From IMG/VR virus record IMGVR_UViG_3300032782_000007, positions 9,240 to 73,239 of that record: 64,000 bases of DNA; one strand, 5' to 3'. The position numbers and the translations under genes were made by a program. Under the pieces are notes generated by a model. It was not told where the DNA came from. It searched no databases and worked only from the letters and a program-made list of their open reading frames with translations. The stretch is from a virus. Positions 38,843 to 49,510 of the stretch are shown here, one piece after another. How positions within the stretch are numbered: the stretch's first letter is position 1; each line of letters opens with the position of its first letter.

Positions 38843-41092
38843 ATGCCCGGAATATCGACCCTAAACCGAGTGCGCTACGCGGGTCTCGACTTTGACACGA
38901 CGCAGGACGAGATCCGCGCGCAGCTGCAAATTGCCTTCGCCTCTGAATTCAACGACCTTTCGGTAAGCTCGCTGGGGATTGTCCTCCTCGACATGATCGC
39001 GTTCGGGCTAGACACGCTGATGTTCTATCTCGACCGTCGAGCGACCGACATGTACTTGTCGACCGCGCGGACGCGGACCTCGGTAGCGCTTCTTACGCGG
39101 CAACTCGGCTACAAGATGGCCGGCGCGGTGGCATCGTCGGTCGATCTCTCGGTGGCGCCGACAAAAAGCTACGCCTTCGCGATTCCGATTCCGAAAGGCT
39201 TCCAATTTCAGGGCGCGGGGGGAGCGATTTATGAAACCGCCCAGACAGTTACGTTTTCCGTCGGCAGTACGGACCCTCTCTCGATCCCCTGTTACCAAGG
39301 ACAGACCCTGAGCGAGTCGTTCGTATCCGACGGCACGCCTGAACAATCGTTTCAACTGGCGCGTGTGCCAACAGGGGCCGCGATCGTTCAGGGAACGGTG
39401 CAGGTAATCGTCAACGCCGCGCAGTTCTTCGAGAGCGAGTTCCTCACCTTCGACGCCACAAACCAGTTTGAGATCGGCTACAACGATGATCCGCCGACGC
39501 TCCGATTTGGGGACGGCACCGCAGGCAATATCCCGGTGAAGAACGGGGCAGTCAATGTCTCCTACGTCGCCACGCTGGGAACCGCAGGAGGTGCCATTTC
39601 CGGTACGATCACGAAACCCGTTGCGCCACTGTCGGTGATGGGGCAGACGATCCAACTGTCGGCGACAAACCCCCTTGCGACCGAGGGTGGAAGCGATCTC
39701 GAAGATCTCACGCACGCTCAAATTTACGCGCCGCGAGTGTTCAAGTCGCGAGGTGTCGCAGTCACGCAAGGGGACTATGAGGCGCTAGCCGGATCGTACG
39801 TGGACCCGCTCTTCGGTCGCGTTGCCGTAGCCCAGGCGATCTCCGCACGTTCTGCTGATCAGGATCTCGAGCTTACGGGGTTGCTCGACACCATCACGAA
39901 CAGCCTGGCATCGACCACGGCGACCATTACAACGGCACTTAACGACCCGTCTACCGGCGCGTATGCTCTCGCAGGCCTCATAAGCGCGGCCGTCACGCAA
40001 GCGCAGATCGATCTGAGTTCGATCGTGGTCGATTTGGTGACAATCGACACGAACCTTACGTCCTCGCTCGCGAGTGCACGGTCGATTAAATCGAACACCA
40101 GTGAGATCCAAGCCGACTACGGTGACGCGCACTCTGAGGACTCCGTTGCGAAGTCGAACTTGTCTGCGTTTCGATCGCTCATCGCAGGGCTCCCAGTCGC
40201 CTCGCCCTCTCAGCTGACGTCCGGTGATCAGACCTCCTATTTGGCGACGCTGGACGGACTTGCGGCCAGCCTGAGTAAAATCGATGGTTTGCTCACGCTC
40301 ATCAACGGTTTGGCGGCAAGCGCTGGGGCCAGCGCAGACTCGCTCGCAACCGTTTTGAGCGCGACAAGGGATCTTCTCGAGAACACTGTAGGTACTGACG
40401 TGACCGCGGTTGGAACCCTGGTCAAGGATCTGAGCGATCAGCTGAGCGCGATCATCTCAAACCTCGGCTCTGCGACTGTGCCGTACACGGGAGTCTACGC
40501 AGACCTCCATACGATCGACGACAGCAAGGCGCTGAACGCGACAACGATTGGAGCGGCGACGGGCGACATTTTCGACCACGTCGATACCATTTTGGCCGCG
40601 GACTGCGAAGCCAACCTCGTGGTGGTTCCGATCCTTGCGCGCGACGCCTCGGGTTTTTACGCAGGGCCGTCGAACGGTTTGATGCGATCCCTGCAGGCGT
40701 ACCTGACCGGAATCAAAGAGGTTACCCAGACAGTACGAGTGGTCTCTGGAGCTGGCTTCCTGGTTCCGGCGGCGATTACAGTGCGGATCGGGATTACGGC
40801 GGGCACTTCGGACGCGATCACGCAGGCATCGGCGACCACGATCGTCGACGGTGTGTTGCGGGATCGAGCTTTCGGCGAATCTCTCTACCTGTCCGATCTC
40901 ATCACACCACTTCAAACCCTGACGGGACTGGTTTTCGTGAACGTCACCATCAACGGATACCGGCCGGTGGGCGGCCCGACAATCCTCACAGACGGCATCG
41001 ATGCCACGGGGAACTTGATCATCGACGACAGTCACGTAATCACGCTCTCCCAGAGCGACTTTGTCGTCACTACCGAGGTAGCAGGATCCTAA
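38843..41092 (+). CDS. Baseplate wedge protein (gp6/J-like) with helical insertion
   Basis: YAGLDFD, FYLDR, LGYK, SDGTPEQSF, FGDGTAG, AVTQGDYE, AFGESLYLSD. Confidence 0.9.
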   Translation: MPGISTLNRVRYAGLDFDTTQDEIRAQLQIAFASEFNDLSVSSLGIVLLDMIAFGLDTLMFYLDRRATDMYLSTARTRTSVALLTRQLGYKMAGAVASSVDLSVAPTKSYAFAIPIPKGFQFQGAGGAIYETAQTVTFSVGSTDPLSIPCYQGQTLSESFVSDGTPEQSFQLARVPTGAAIVQGTVQVIVNAAQFFESEFLTFDATNQFEIGYNDDPPTLRFGDGTAGNIPVKNGAVNVSYVATLGTAGGAISGTITKPVAPLSVMGQTIQLSATNPLATEGGSDLEDLTHAQIYAPRVFKSRGVAVTQGDYEALAGSYVDPLFGRVAVAQAISARSADQDLELTGLLDTITNSLASTTATITTALNDPSTGAYALAGLISAAVTQAQIDLSSIVVDLVTIDTNLTSSLASARSIKSNTSEIQADYGDAHSEDSVAKSNLSAFRSLIAGLPVASPSQLTSGDQTSYLATLDGLAASLSKIDGLLTLINGLAASAGASADSLATVLSATRDLLENTVGTDVTAVGTLVKDLSDQLSAIISNLGSATVPYTGVYADLHTIDDSKALNATTIGAATGDIFDHVDTILAADCEANLVVVPILARDASGFYAGPSNGLMRSLQAYLTGIKEVTQTVRVVSGAGFLVPAAITVRIGITAGTSDAITQASATTIVDGVLRDRAFGESLYLSDLITPLQTLTGLVFVNVTINGYRPVGGPTILTDGIDATGNLIIDDSHVITLSQSDFVVTTEVAGS

Positions 41093-41101
41093 GGAGAAGC
41101 C

Positions 41102-41542
41102 GTGACCCTTTTCGATACCCAGCACATCCAGGCGACGATGGTCGAACAGGGATTCGACGGAACTGCCAGTCTGGGGAACTTACTGGCCCCGGAGAATACA
41201 CTCATCTTCTATCGAAACACCACGAAGGTCTATACGATCGCGGTCACCTACGACACAGGGAAACCCGTAGATCTGACAGGCGGTTCTCTTGTATTCTCGG
41301 TCAAATCCGAAATGTCCGACGAGCGCCCGGTCCTCTACAAGAACTCTGCGAGCAGCGCCGATCTTGTGATTGCGGCGGGTCGCGGAGGGCTTGGCACCCT
41401 TTTGATTCGGCCGAACGACACCAAGAGACTTCCTATCAAGGAGTACTGGTACGATCTTTGGGTAACGCTCGCCAGCGGGGCGCAGACACCGGTCATCGGT
41501 CCCTCGGTGTTGGATCTTCGTGGGGCGATTGGGAGTATCTAA
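41102..41542 (+). CDS. BppU-like Ig-fold baseplate protein
   Basis: PVDLTG, FSVK, DTKRL, YWYDLWV motifs. Confidence 0.6.
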   Translation: MTLFDTQHIQATMVEQGFDGTASLGNLLAPENTLIFYRNTTKVYTIAVTYDTGKPVDLTGGSLVFSVKSEMSDERPVLYKNSASSADLVIAAGRGGLGTLLIRPNDTKRLPIKEYWYDLWVTLASGAQTPVIGPSVLDLRGAIGSI

Positions 41543-42747
41543 TGGCGACGACGTCACGACTTGGAATCACTTACCCGGACGAGAAGTCGCGCTCGTGGTT
41601 CGACAGCTTCACCGCGATGATGGGGCAGATCGACGAGGCGCTCTACGCGGGCCGAGAAGATCGCAATATCGTACTGAGCGGAGGAGGGACGTTTACGTTC
41701 TCCGCCTCAACGGGCGTTTTGGCGTGGACGTCCGCAATCGCGGTGCTGGCGCCGATTACCGGTTACCAGTGGCAGATCGCTGCGGGCAACGTGACTCTCG
41801 CCGACGGTCAACTCTTCTACATCACAGTCGCACGCGGTCCTCAATCCACCTCGAGCTACTCGACTGTTGTCGGGGCAACAGTTCCGAACGAGCCTTTCGG
41901 GGATTCCCAGCTCCTCATCGGGTGGCGCTCAGGCTCGCGCGTTTATTTCCGGAACGGGCTTTCCATCTACAGCGGTGAAACGAAGAGTCTGCTCGGTCCG
42001 TCCCCCCAGGGGTGGGTTACGGTGATGGACCTCGACCTCACAACTAGCGGCACGCAGTCAATCAACGCGGACGGCAACTACACGATCGGTGGATTTTCCT
42101 TCAAGAAGGAGAACTCCGCGCAGGATCGGATCGCCATGGCACTTACGGCGAGCACAGGCCTTGTGATTCAGCCAACGACGTCCGCGTACACAAACGCTTC
42201 GCGAACAGCGCCGCTTCTTTGGGTGGCCCTCTCCCAGTTCGGAATCGTCGATCTTGACGTGACCACGAAATTTAGGGTCTACGTATCCGTTTCAGCCACG
42301 TCGGGAGATGGAACGTCAGGCGACTTCACTTTTGCGGGACTCGATAGCGACTCGACCGCGATGGCCTGGTGGTTCCAAAGAGGCAACAACGGCTCGTCAG
42401 GCCAGTTGAAAGTGGGCGTACGCAACTCGGGTGGCGACACGGGGACCAACTCGACGCTTTCTGGCGGATACGGAGCGAGCAACGTGACTACGCGGCTCGA
42501 TATTCCTCAACTGAACGGCGCAGTCCAGCAAGCGGCCGCATACATCGGCGTTGCGCCCTCGGGCTCGGGCTTCCCGACGACCGTTCAGGGGCAGTCGTCT
42601 CAGCAGGTGGCCCTGGGCGCGAGCACGAACATGGGATTCTCCAACCTGAGTACAGGGCTCGGGTTCGTCATCGGCGCGGCGGCTGCGAACGGCACCGATC
42701 ACTACTCGACAACGATTACGCGAATTCGGCTCGATTATAGGAACTAG
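41542..42747 (+). CDS. Tail fibre/baseplate protein with beta-sandwich C-terminus
   Basis: TTSRLGITYP N-terminus; LSGGG...GVLAW; Gly/Ser/Thr-rich. Confidence 0.6.
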   Translation: MATTSRLGITYPDEKSRSWFDSFTAMMGQIDEALYAGREDRNIVLSGGGTFTFSASTGVLAWTSAIAVLAPITGYQWQIAAGNVTLADGQLFYITVARGPQSTSSYSTVVGATVPNEPFGDSQLLIGWRSGSRVYFRNGLSIYSGETKSLLGPSPQGWVTVMDLDLTTSGTQSINADGNYTIGGFSFKKENSAQDRIAMALTASTGLVIQPTTSAYTNASRTAPLLWVALSQFGIVDLDVTTKFRVYVSVSATSGDGTSGDFTFAGLDSDSTAMAWWFQRGNNGSSGQLKVGVRNSGGDTGTNSTLSGGYGASNVTTRLDIPQLNGAVQQAAAYIGVAPSGSGFPTTVQGQSSQQVALGASTNMGFSNLSTGLGFVIGAAAANGTDHYSTTITRIRLDYRN

Positions 42748-42749
42748 GT

Positions 42750-45632
42750 ATGGCAGGGTTCGGGGATGATCCGTTTGGAGATGGACCGTTCGGCGAGGCC
42801 GAGTGGTCGGAGGTCGTCCTCTACAAACAGCTCCCTGGGATCTACCAAGATCAAGACGAGGCGCAAGGCTACCCACTTCAAACGTGGATGAACGCAATCG
42901 TTCCGCTGTTCGATCGCGGACTAGAAAAGGCGGAGACGTGGCGAGACCTTCGCGATCCTCTGCGTGTGACGACGCGTTACGACCAGGTCGTCACAATCAC
43001 TTTGGGGCGGATCAAAGATCCTGACGCCCCAATCGAACAGCGAGGGGCGGACGGTACGATCACCTCCGATCGGAGCTTCTCGTCGCCTACAGCTAGATTC
43101 GACTCTACCGACCTCGGCAAGACGCTGACGGTGCTTACGTCGGGGCTTCCGTCGAACAACCGCACGGTTGTGATCAGCGCCGTTACGAACACTACGACGG
43201 TGCGAACGAACCCGCCGCTCCTTACGGACCCGATCCCGTTCAAATGGTTCGTGAAGGGATTCCCTCTGATACCGCCCGGAGAGATGGCGTTCGAGGTCGT
43301 AAGCGGCGACGTCGGCGCAATCGGACCCGCCTGGATCCTCAACGACGGTGCTAGCGACTTCACCGTACTCAGTCGCTCCAGATTTTTCCCATTTGGCTCG
43401 GAAACCAGGCTTCTCACGGAACGCGAGGGCTCTCAGGGAACGGCCTTGAGTGACGGCCGCTTTCAAGCGGAGGTGGAATTCGCCCAGACGGACGTAGGCA
43501 AACCGTTTACGGTGTCAGGGTCTTCGCTCCCAGCGAACAACGTCAAGAGTCAGATCTACGCGGTAGACGTTGCCGATCCCACGAAGATTTCTCTGACAGA
43601 GTCGATCACGCTAGGGACGGGGTTGAACCGCGGCGTCATCTATGCCCTGCAGCCCGGAGTGGCAGGTGTCAGTGTAGAGCACGTCGTGGACGGCGCGTCG
43701 CAACCGCTCTCGGTGCGCGTCAGAGAATCGAGAATCACGGTGGCCTTGGCCACGGATGGTTCGAGCCACCCAACGAGCACTGCAGGTGCGGTAGCCGCCG
43801 CCGTTACGGCCAGCCCGGAGGCGTCTCCTCTCGTAACGGCCGTCGCGGCGGGAACGGGTCTGGGAGTGGCAGAGGTCGCAGTACTCACGGAGATCCCAGG
43901 CGCAGCCCTTCTGTTGGACGGAGGCCCGCTGACCTGGGCGCTTCTACCGTACCCCGAACTCCTGTTAGCGACGGCCTCACCCCCTGCGGGCATTATCGAG
44001 CAGAGTGGGACCGATCTCGTGCTCTCCGGAGGAAGTGCGTTCTCCGCCGCGAGCGCAACGTTGATTGCGACCGACGTCGGGAATCAGCTGGTGATTCGCG
44101 GCTCGGCTCTCGGCAACGACGGCGTGTACCCGATTGCGACGGTTACTGGGCCTACTTCCGGCACTGTAACCGTCATCTCGCCGCTTAGCGCGGAATCGGG
44201 CCTCACATGGGAGATCCGGACACCGTCGCGTCAGGCAGACGCAACAACAGTGACGGTCCGGGCACCATCGCAGATCGAACTGCTCGGCGCGGACTTTGAC
44301 CTAGACATCGACACCACTCAAAGCGAGGCGAGGCAGCGTAGCTGGGTCGAAAGCTCGATTCAGTGGATGGAGGTGAAAGGGGTCGCAAATAGCTACCGAA
44401 TCATCGGCCTTCTCTCAGGTTACGACGTCGAAACTACGGCGCTCTATCGAGTGTCACGAGCCGTATACAGCGCGATCCCGTCGATGAACCGCGTACTGGA
44501 CGCCGAAACTGGCGCGGGACGCGCAGGAACTGACGGTCAGCTCACGCAAGTCGGCTCAGATGTGCATTTCGTATCGGCGACGGCCGCTCTCCGTGCCTCG
44601 GACATCGGCCGCGTGCTGGATCTCAGCAACTGCTCGACCGGCGGAAACGACGATCTGTTCACGATCACGGCGTGGGTGAGCCCGACGGAGGTCGTTCTGG
44701 GATCGCCACCAACGGCTACCGCGCCGGACAACGGCACCGGAGGTACATTGACGAGCCCCACCATCGTGTGGGCCGTCGCAAGGCTCTATACGGATCTTCC
44801 GCCAACGAGGCCCCTCTACGACGACGTAAACGTGGAGTTGATGCAGCAGATTGTAGGTCCCACGCACTTCCTGATGGACACCTACTGCTGGGACAGCTCG
44901 CAAACCGATCAGTTTACGATCGACATCACCAACGTCACCCCCTCGACAACATTTGGAATCCCCTCGTACATCACGGTAGAGGTCACAGGGATCCTTCAGG
45001 GAACAGGGAACTACTCGACCGCCCGGGTGATGGGCGTTGCGTCGGCATGGCAGATCACCGACTCCAACGGTACGCTCTACTACACAGAGAGCCTGCCCAC
45101 GCTCACGGCGGCGGGGCCTCCTGAAGTTTGTACGTTCCTCGTATATGGGGCGAACGTGCCGGCGCTGGGAACAGCGACGATGAAGTACATCTGCGACGAG
45201 ACGACGTCGTGCGACTACTGCAAAGCTGCCGCGATCAAGGTCGCCATCACGCCTACAACGATTTTGAACGATCTGAATGTCGACCTTGATCGCGCACTTA
45301 CCATGCTGGAAGCGCGGCTCGAGTCGGAGCCCAGGCCGGCACATGTCCGCCTCATCATCAGCGCCCTGAGTCCGCCGCCGATTTTCCGATCCATGTCGCC
45401 GGTGTTCGGAGTGACGGGAGGAGGAACGGCGTTCGAGATTATCGGCGAGGGCTTTGTCGATGGAGCGACAGTAACGTTTGGAGGTACACCGGCCACTGGA
45501 ATTGTCGTTGTGGACTCCGAGCACATCACCGGTCTGAGCCCGGCGGGGACAGGGCTCGTCGACGTCGTGGTTACGAACCCCGATACTCAGACCACCGGAT
45601 CTGAAGGTCATGACGCCTACCAGTACCTCTGA
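42750..45632 (+). CDS. Baseplate wedge protein (gp7/P2 gpI-like) with repeat domains and C-terminal IPT/TIG domain
   Basis: LYKQLPGIYQDQD, LLG.DF, KG, RPAHV; repeated D.G..L...S...N....I units; ends at a 28-bp duplication. Confidence 0.75.
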   Translation: MAGFGDDPFGDGPFGEAEWSEVVLYKQLPGIYQDQDEAQGYPLQTWMNAIVPLFDRGLEKAETWRDLRDPLRVTTRYDQVVTITLGRIKDPDAPIEQRGADGTITSDRSFSSPTARFDSTDLGKTLTVLTSGLPSNNRTVVISAVTNTTTVRTNPPLLTDPIPFKWFVKGFPLIPPGEMAFEVVSGDVGAIGPAWILNDGASDFTVLSRSRFFPFGSETRLLTEREGSQGTALSDGRFQAEVEFAQTDVGKPFTVSGSSLPANNVKSQIYAVDVADPTKISLTESITLGTGLNRGVIYALQPGVAGVSVEHVVDGASQPLSVRVRESRITVALATDGSSHPTSTAGAVAAAVTASPEASPLVTAVAAGTGLGVAEVAVLTEIPGAALLLDGGPLTWALLPYPELLLATASPPAGIIEQSGTDLVLSGGSAFSAASATLIATDVGNQLVIRGSALGNDGVYPIATVTGPTSGTVTVISPLSAESGLTWEIRTPSRQADATTVTVRAPSQIELLGADFDLDIDTTQSEARQRSWVESSIQWMEVKGVANSYRIIGLLSGYDVETTALYRVSRAVYSAIPSMNRVLDAETGAGRAGTDGQLTQVGSDVHFVSATAALRASDIGRVLDLSNCSTGGNDDLFTITAWVSPTEVVLGSPPTATAPDNGTGGTLTSPTIVWAVARLYTDLPPTRPLYDDVNVELMQQIVGPTHFLMDTYCWDSSQTDQFTIDITNVTPSTTFGIPSYITVEVTGILQGTGNYSTARVMGVASAWQITDSNGTLYYTESLPTLTAAGPPEVCTFLVYGANVPALGTATMKYICDETTSCDYCKAAAIKVAITPTTILNDLNVDLDRALTMLEARLESEPRPAHVRLIISALSPPPIFRSMSPVFGVTGGGTAFEIIGEGFVDGATVTFGGTPATGIVVVDSEHITGLSPAGTGLVDVVVTNPDTQTTGSEGHDAYQYL

Positions 45633-45864
45633 AGGTCATGACGCCTACCAGTACCTCACGGCGGCACCGACTTTTATCTCGATTACGCCCGACACGGGCA
45701 CGGTTGGCGGTTGGCGGTGGCACCCCATTCACTATTTCGGGTACGAACTTCGTAAGTGGCGCAACAACCCGATGTACCTGATCGCCGACGGATCTGGAAC
45801 CAACCAGATGCCTATCTGGTTCGCGCGAATAACCGCCCTTTCGGCAGTTGGGGTCATTCCGTGA
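45600..45864 (+). pseudogene. Detached, eroded C-terminal extension of the preceding gene
   Basis: 28-bp duplication 45600-45655 and 7-bp duplication 45701-45714; partial second IPT repeat. Confidence 0.7.
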
Positions 45865-45890
45865 TTGCGGACTCTGCTAGGATTTAGGAC

Positions 45891-47831
45891 ATGCCGACCA
45901 CGGTTAGCACATTTTCCTCGAGCGAGATCGCCCTCAACTGGGAGGAGTTGTACGTCTCTGAGGGCATCAACCGCGACGTCGCGTCGTTTGTCGGTCCTGG
46001 CATTCAACGGGGATTCCGTCTCGGGACGAGCGGCACCAACCTCAACGTAGCGGTCACCGCTGACAGCCTCACTACGGACCACGCAGCGGCAATCCGTGTG
46101 GCAGACGGACACGTCCTCGGGATCAAACGTACCGGGGGAACGTTCAACCTCGACCTCACCGCGTACACAAACAAAACGGTCGTCGTCGCTATTTATGCGA
46201 CGTACGCCACGTCTGCGACTACGACCGGTGTAATTCGCGCCTATCAGCTCTCACCCTCGGACGAGTTCACGGGCGCCGCTGAACGCGCCATTCTCGTTGT
46301 TCTTGGAACCGTGGTTGTTCCGGGCTCTGGAACGATTCCCGCGGCAAACATCTCGTACGGCTATCGAAACGAGGCTTGGGACGGTCGAAACGAGCAGCAG
46401 GTCGAGCCTGCTCAGCTGATTCAAAACGGAAGCTTCGAGTACAGCACGGCGCCTGGAACGGGCGTACATTCGGCGTGGTTTTGGGAACTTGTCGCAGGAG
46501 CTGGCGGGTCTGCCTCGAACTGGCAGACAGAGAACGCAGACCCGGCAATTTCAGGTGAATCCCGGGACCTGATCCTGAAGTACGACTCGGGTGTCGGAGC
46601 CGTGGTCTCCACGTACAAACAGTACTTGGACGCGCGCGTTTCTGCGGGAAACATCCTTCGGTTGAAGCTGAAGGTGAAGGTTCTGCACGTAACGACCGGT
46701 GGATCGTTTCAAGTGGTTCTGCACTACTTGGACGCCACGCACTCGGAGACGATCTCGCCGACAACGACTACGATCACGACGAGTAGCACGGACGCCTCCT
46801 ACCGGCAGATCGACGTGCTCATAACGGTTCCGGCCTCCTCGGCCTTCCTCTACTACATCGAGCTAAAGGGTAACAACATCACCCTTGCGTCGACGAACAG
46901 CGTTCTACGCGTGGACGATGTGCAGCTCTGGGTGGACACGCGTTCGGCATCGACTCCTCGACCGCCGCAGAATGAGCGTGCGCGGCTGCTATTGGCGGAG
47001 CTTTTCACGCTGGTGGCAAAGGACGGACTGTTCGGAGCACCCGCGGGGCAGCTCACGCTGGATAACACGGTCAGCAGCGAACCGGCGATCATCGTCGATC
47101 GTCAGGATCAAACGGTTAACGACGACTCCAATCGGCCGCCCCTGATGAAGGTACTCGGCCGGATCGAGGCCGGCAGAGGCATCCACGGAGGCAACCGCAA
47201 CGTCGAGGCGATGGCCACGCCGTGGAAGCTGTCGGCGGGCGGAAAGGTTCCGTACACGCTTTGCTGGACAAGCGCGCCCGAGTCGGGTTCTCACGTGGTG
47301 GCGCGGCTTTTCGTGGGAACCGATGGAAGTGTGATGTTCACCTCGAACGCCGGGCTGGCGAGCGATTCGACGCCGACAACCTGGAATCGCGATGTGAGCG
47401 CGGACTCCTACCGTCTGTTTGCGACGACAAGCTCTGCCACTCTCGGCGCGCATCCACGGCTCGAGTTTCGAAGCTCCGGAGCCTCGAACGGATGGCTCGA
47501 GACGGATTGGACGATCATTTGGGATCCCTACGCGGATGTTCTCCAGACGGAAGCGTTCACGACAACAGGATCTTGCGGCGACAACGTACGACTTTTCACA
47601 GTCGACTCCACAGGCGGAGCATTCGCCCTGACGCTCCCAGATCCTAGTGCGAACGCACTAAAGGCGTTCGTGTTCAAGGACATCGGGTTCATGTGCGCGA
47701 CCAACAACGTCGCGCTTACACCGTTCGGAGGAGAACGGATTGAAGGGCTTGCGACCGCGTACTCCATGGACGCGGACGGTCTGAACCTAACACTCTGGTC
47801 GGACGGTACCGACTGGTGGATCATCGGGTGA
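45891..47831 (+). CDS. Tail fibre protein with carbohydrate-binding-like domain
   Basis: LIQNGSFE...VDDVQL jelly-roll; C-terminal VDSTGGAFALTLP...SDGTDWWII. Confidence 0.7.
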   Translation: MPTTVSTFSSSEIALNWEELYVSEGINRDVASFVGPGIQRGFRLGTSGTNLNVAVTADSLTTDHAAAIRVADGHVLGIKRTGGTFNLDLTAYTNKTVVVAIYATYATSATTTGVIRAYQLSPSDEFTGAAERAILVVLGTVVVPGSGTIPAANISYGYRNEAWDGRNEQQVEPAQLIQNGSFEYSTAPGTGVHSAWFWELVAGAGGSASNWQTENADPAISGESRDLILKYDSGVGAVVSTYKQYLDARVSAGNILRLKLKVKVLHVTTGGSFQVVLHYLDATHSETISPTTTTITTSSTDASYRQIDVLITVPASSAFLYYIELKGNNITLASTNSVLRVDDVQLWVDTRSASTPRPPQNERARLLLAELFTLVAKDGLFGAPAGQLTLDNTVSSEPAIIVDRQDQTVNDDSNRPPLMKVLGRIEAGRGIHGGNRNVEAMATPWKLSAGGKVPYTLCWTSAPESGSHVVARLFVGTDGSVMFTSNAGLASDSTPTTWNRDVSADSYRLFATTSSATLGAHPRLEFRSSGASNGWLETDWTIIWDPYADVLQTEAFTTTGSCGDNVRLFTVDSTGGAFALTLPDPSANALKAFVFKDIGFMCATNNVALTPFGGERIEGLATAYSMDADGLNLTLWSDGTDWWIIG

Positions 47832-47835
47832 TCTT

Positions 47836-48657
47836 ATGCAGCTCCATCGAGTTTTATTCGATGTGGCGGGAAGCTACACCTTCGACGTCCCCGGCGGAAT
47901 CACCCTAATCAGGGTTCGGGGATGCGGCGGAGGCGGTGGTGGCGGTGCCGCAGGATCTTTGTCCGATACGGACGGTTCAGGGCGGGGCGCCGGAGGCGGA
48001 GGCGCCTGTATGGGCGATGTGTTTCTCACCGTTTCTCCCGGGCCGTTGGCAGTGGTTGTCGGTTCGGGGGGCGCTGGGGGCGTGGTCGGCGTGGGGCCGG
48101 TGCCGGGCGGCGATGGCGGAGATAGCTCTGTAGGGGGTATCACGTTTTTCGGTGCGATGGGAGGAGGTTCCGGGGATATCGGGTACATCCCTGGGGGTCT
48201 TCCTGTACGACAAGGAACTCCTGCGACAACTGTTAGTGGCGCCGCAATCGCCGTTGTTTTTCCGATGATGAGTTATCCCATCGCCGGTCAAGGCGGAATG
48301 GCAGGAACCACGGCGATTGACGAGGCATTCGTTTCCGCAGGCGTTTACATGGATGGTGGAAGTACGAGCGCTAGTCCAGGCGGACCTAGAGGGCACAGTG
48401 ATCCTACCGCAAGTACGTATCTCGACACGGGTGGGGGTGGAGGCGGTGCGAGTGAGTGGCCGGGAAATGTCCCGGGTGGCGGAGCGGATGCATTTTTGGC
48501 TACAGACCCGTTAGGTCAGAATGGCGCATCTGGCGGAGCGGGAACCCTTGGGGCGGGCGGCGGCGGGGGTGCCGGGGGTAGTGGTGGAGGTTCCGGTCAA
48601 GGGGGCAACGGTGGTAACGGCGGCGACGGCGTTATCGAGATCACGTGGTGGACCTAA
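47836..48657 (+). CDS. Glycine-rich fibre/adhesin paralogue 1
   Basis: GSYTFDVP...GGGGGG, GGGGASEWPGNV, GGDGVIEITW. Confidence 0.75.
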   Translation: MQLHRVLFDVAGSYTFDVPGGITLIRVRGCGGGGGGGAAGSLSDTDGSGRGAGGGGACMGDVFLTVSPGPLAVVVGSGGAGGVVGVGPVPGGDGGDSSVGGITFFGAMGGGSGDIGYIPGGLPVRQGTPATTVSGAAIAVVFPMMSYPIAGQGGMAGTTAIDEAFVSAGVYMDGGSTSASPGGPRGHSDPTASTYLDTGGGGGGASEWPGNVPGGGADAFLATDPLGQNGASGGAGTLGAGGGGGAGGSGGGSGQGGNGGNGGDGVIEITWWT

Positions 48658-49509
48658 ATGGGGCGCGCGCATAGACAGACATTTACCTCGCCCGGAGGGG
48701 GCACTTTTACGGTCCCTGCAGGGGTGTTTTGGTTGCTTGTTCGGGGGATCGGCGCAGGTGGTGGAGGCGGCGGTGCGGGCGGTCCAATCGTAGCCTCCAC
48801 GCCAGGATCTGGCGGAGGCGGAGGAGGTGGGGCCAAGCTAGGTCAATTTGTGGTAGCAGTTGTTCCCGGGACCACCTACACCTACACGGTGGCCGCGGGA
48901 GGCGCCGGCGGTGCCGGAGGCGCTACTGGCGTTCACGACGGAAACCCAGGATCAGACGGCGGGGATTCCGATTTCAACGGCACGCTGTTCTTCTTTGGCG
49001 CAATGGGCGGCGCGGCCGGTGTCTACTCGGCAGGGACGACAGCAGCTGTTTACCCGATCACGGTTGGGGGCTTCTCTGGGCGGACCGGGGTGGCTCCGAA
49101 GGTGATCAAACAGACGATCGCTGGAGCAGGCTTCTCTATCTTCTCCGCACTTCCAGCGCCCGGGCAGGGAGGACTAGCCTCCTTGACTGCGCCGTCGACG
49201 GTCATTCAAGCGTTCTACAACACATTACGTGGTGGGGGGACGGCAGTCGCGTTGGGAGGTCTTGGTGGGGCGCTTACAAATGGTACCAACGCAGGCGGTG
49301 GCGGCGGCGCATCAGAATGGCCCGGGAACGTTCCAGGAGTCGGAGGGGACGCTCAGAGCACGCTGGGATCGGGCCATCCGGGGCTAGCGGGTGGAAACGG
49401 AACACTGGGCGCAGGCGGCGGCGGAGGCGGAGGCGGAGGCACCGGGGGCGTGGGCGGTACGGGCGGGAACGGCGGCGATGGTGCGATCGAATTGATTTGG
49501 TGGACCTAA
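48658..49509 (+). CDS. Glycine-rich fibre/adhesin paralogue 2
   Basis: Same scaffold motifs as paralogue 1. Confidence 0.75.
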   Translation: MGRAHRQTFTSPGGGTFTVPAGVFWLLVRGIGAGGGGGGAGGPIVASTPGSGGGGGGGAKLGQFVVAVVPGTTYTYTVAAGGAGGAGGATGVHDGNPGSDGGDSDFNGTLFFFGAMGGAAGVYSAGTTAAVYPITVGGFSGRTGVAPKVIKQTIAGAGFSIFSALPAPGQGGLASLTAPSTVIQAFYNTLRGGGTAVALGGLGGALTNGTNAGGGGGASEWPGNVPGVGGDAQSTLGSGHPGLAGGNGTLGAGGGGGGGGGTGGVGGTGGNGGDGAIELIWWT

Positions 49510-49510
49510 C

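Noticed and set aside
22235-47831. Bacterial eCIS/tailocin rather than phage
   Set aside because: Capsid, protease, neck genes and phage accessory genes are on the same segment.
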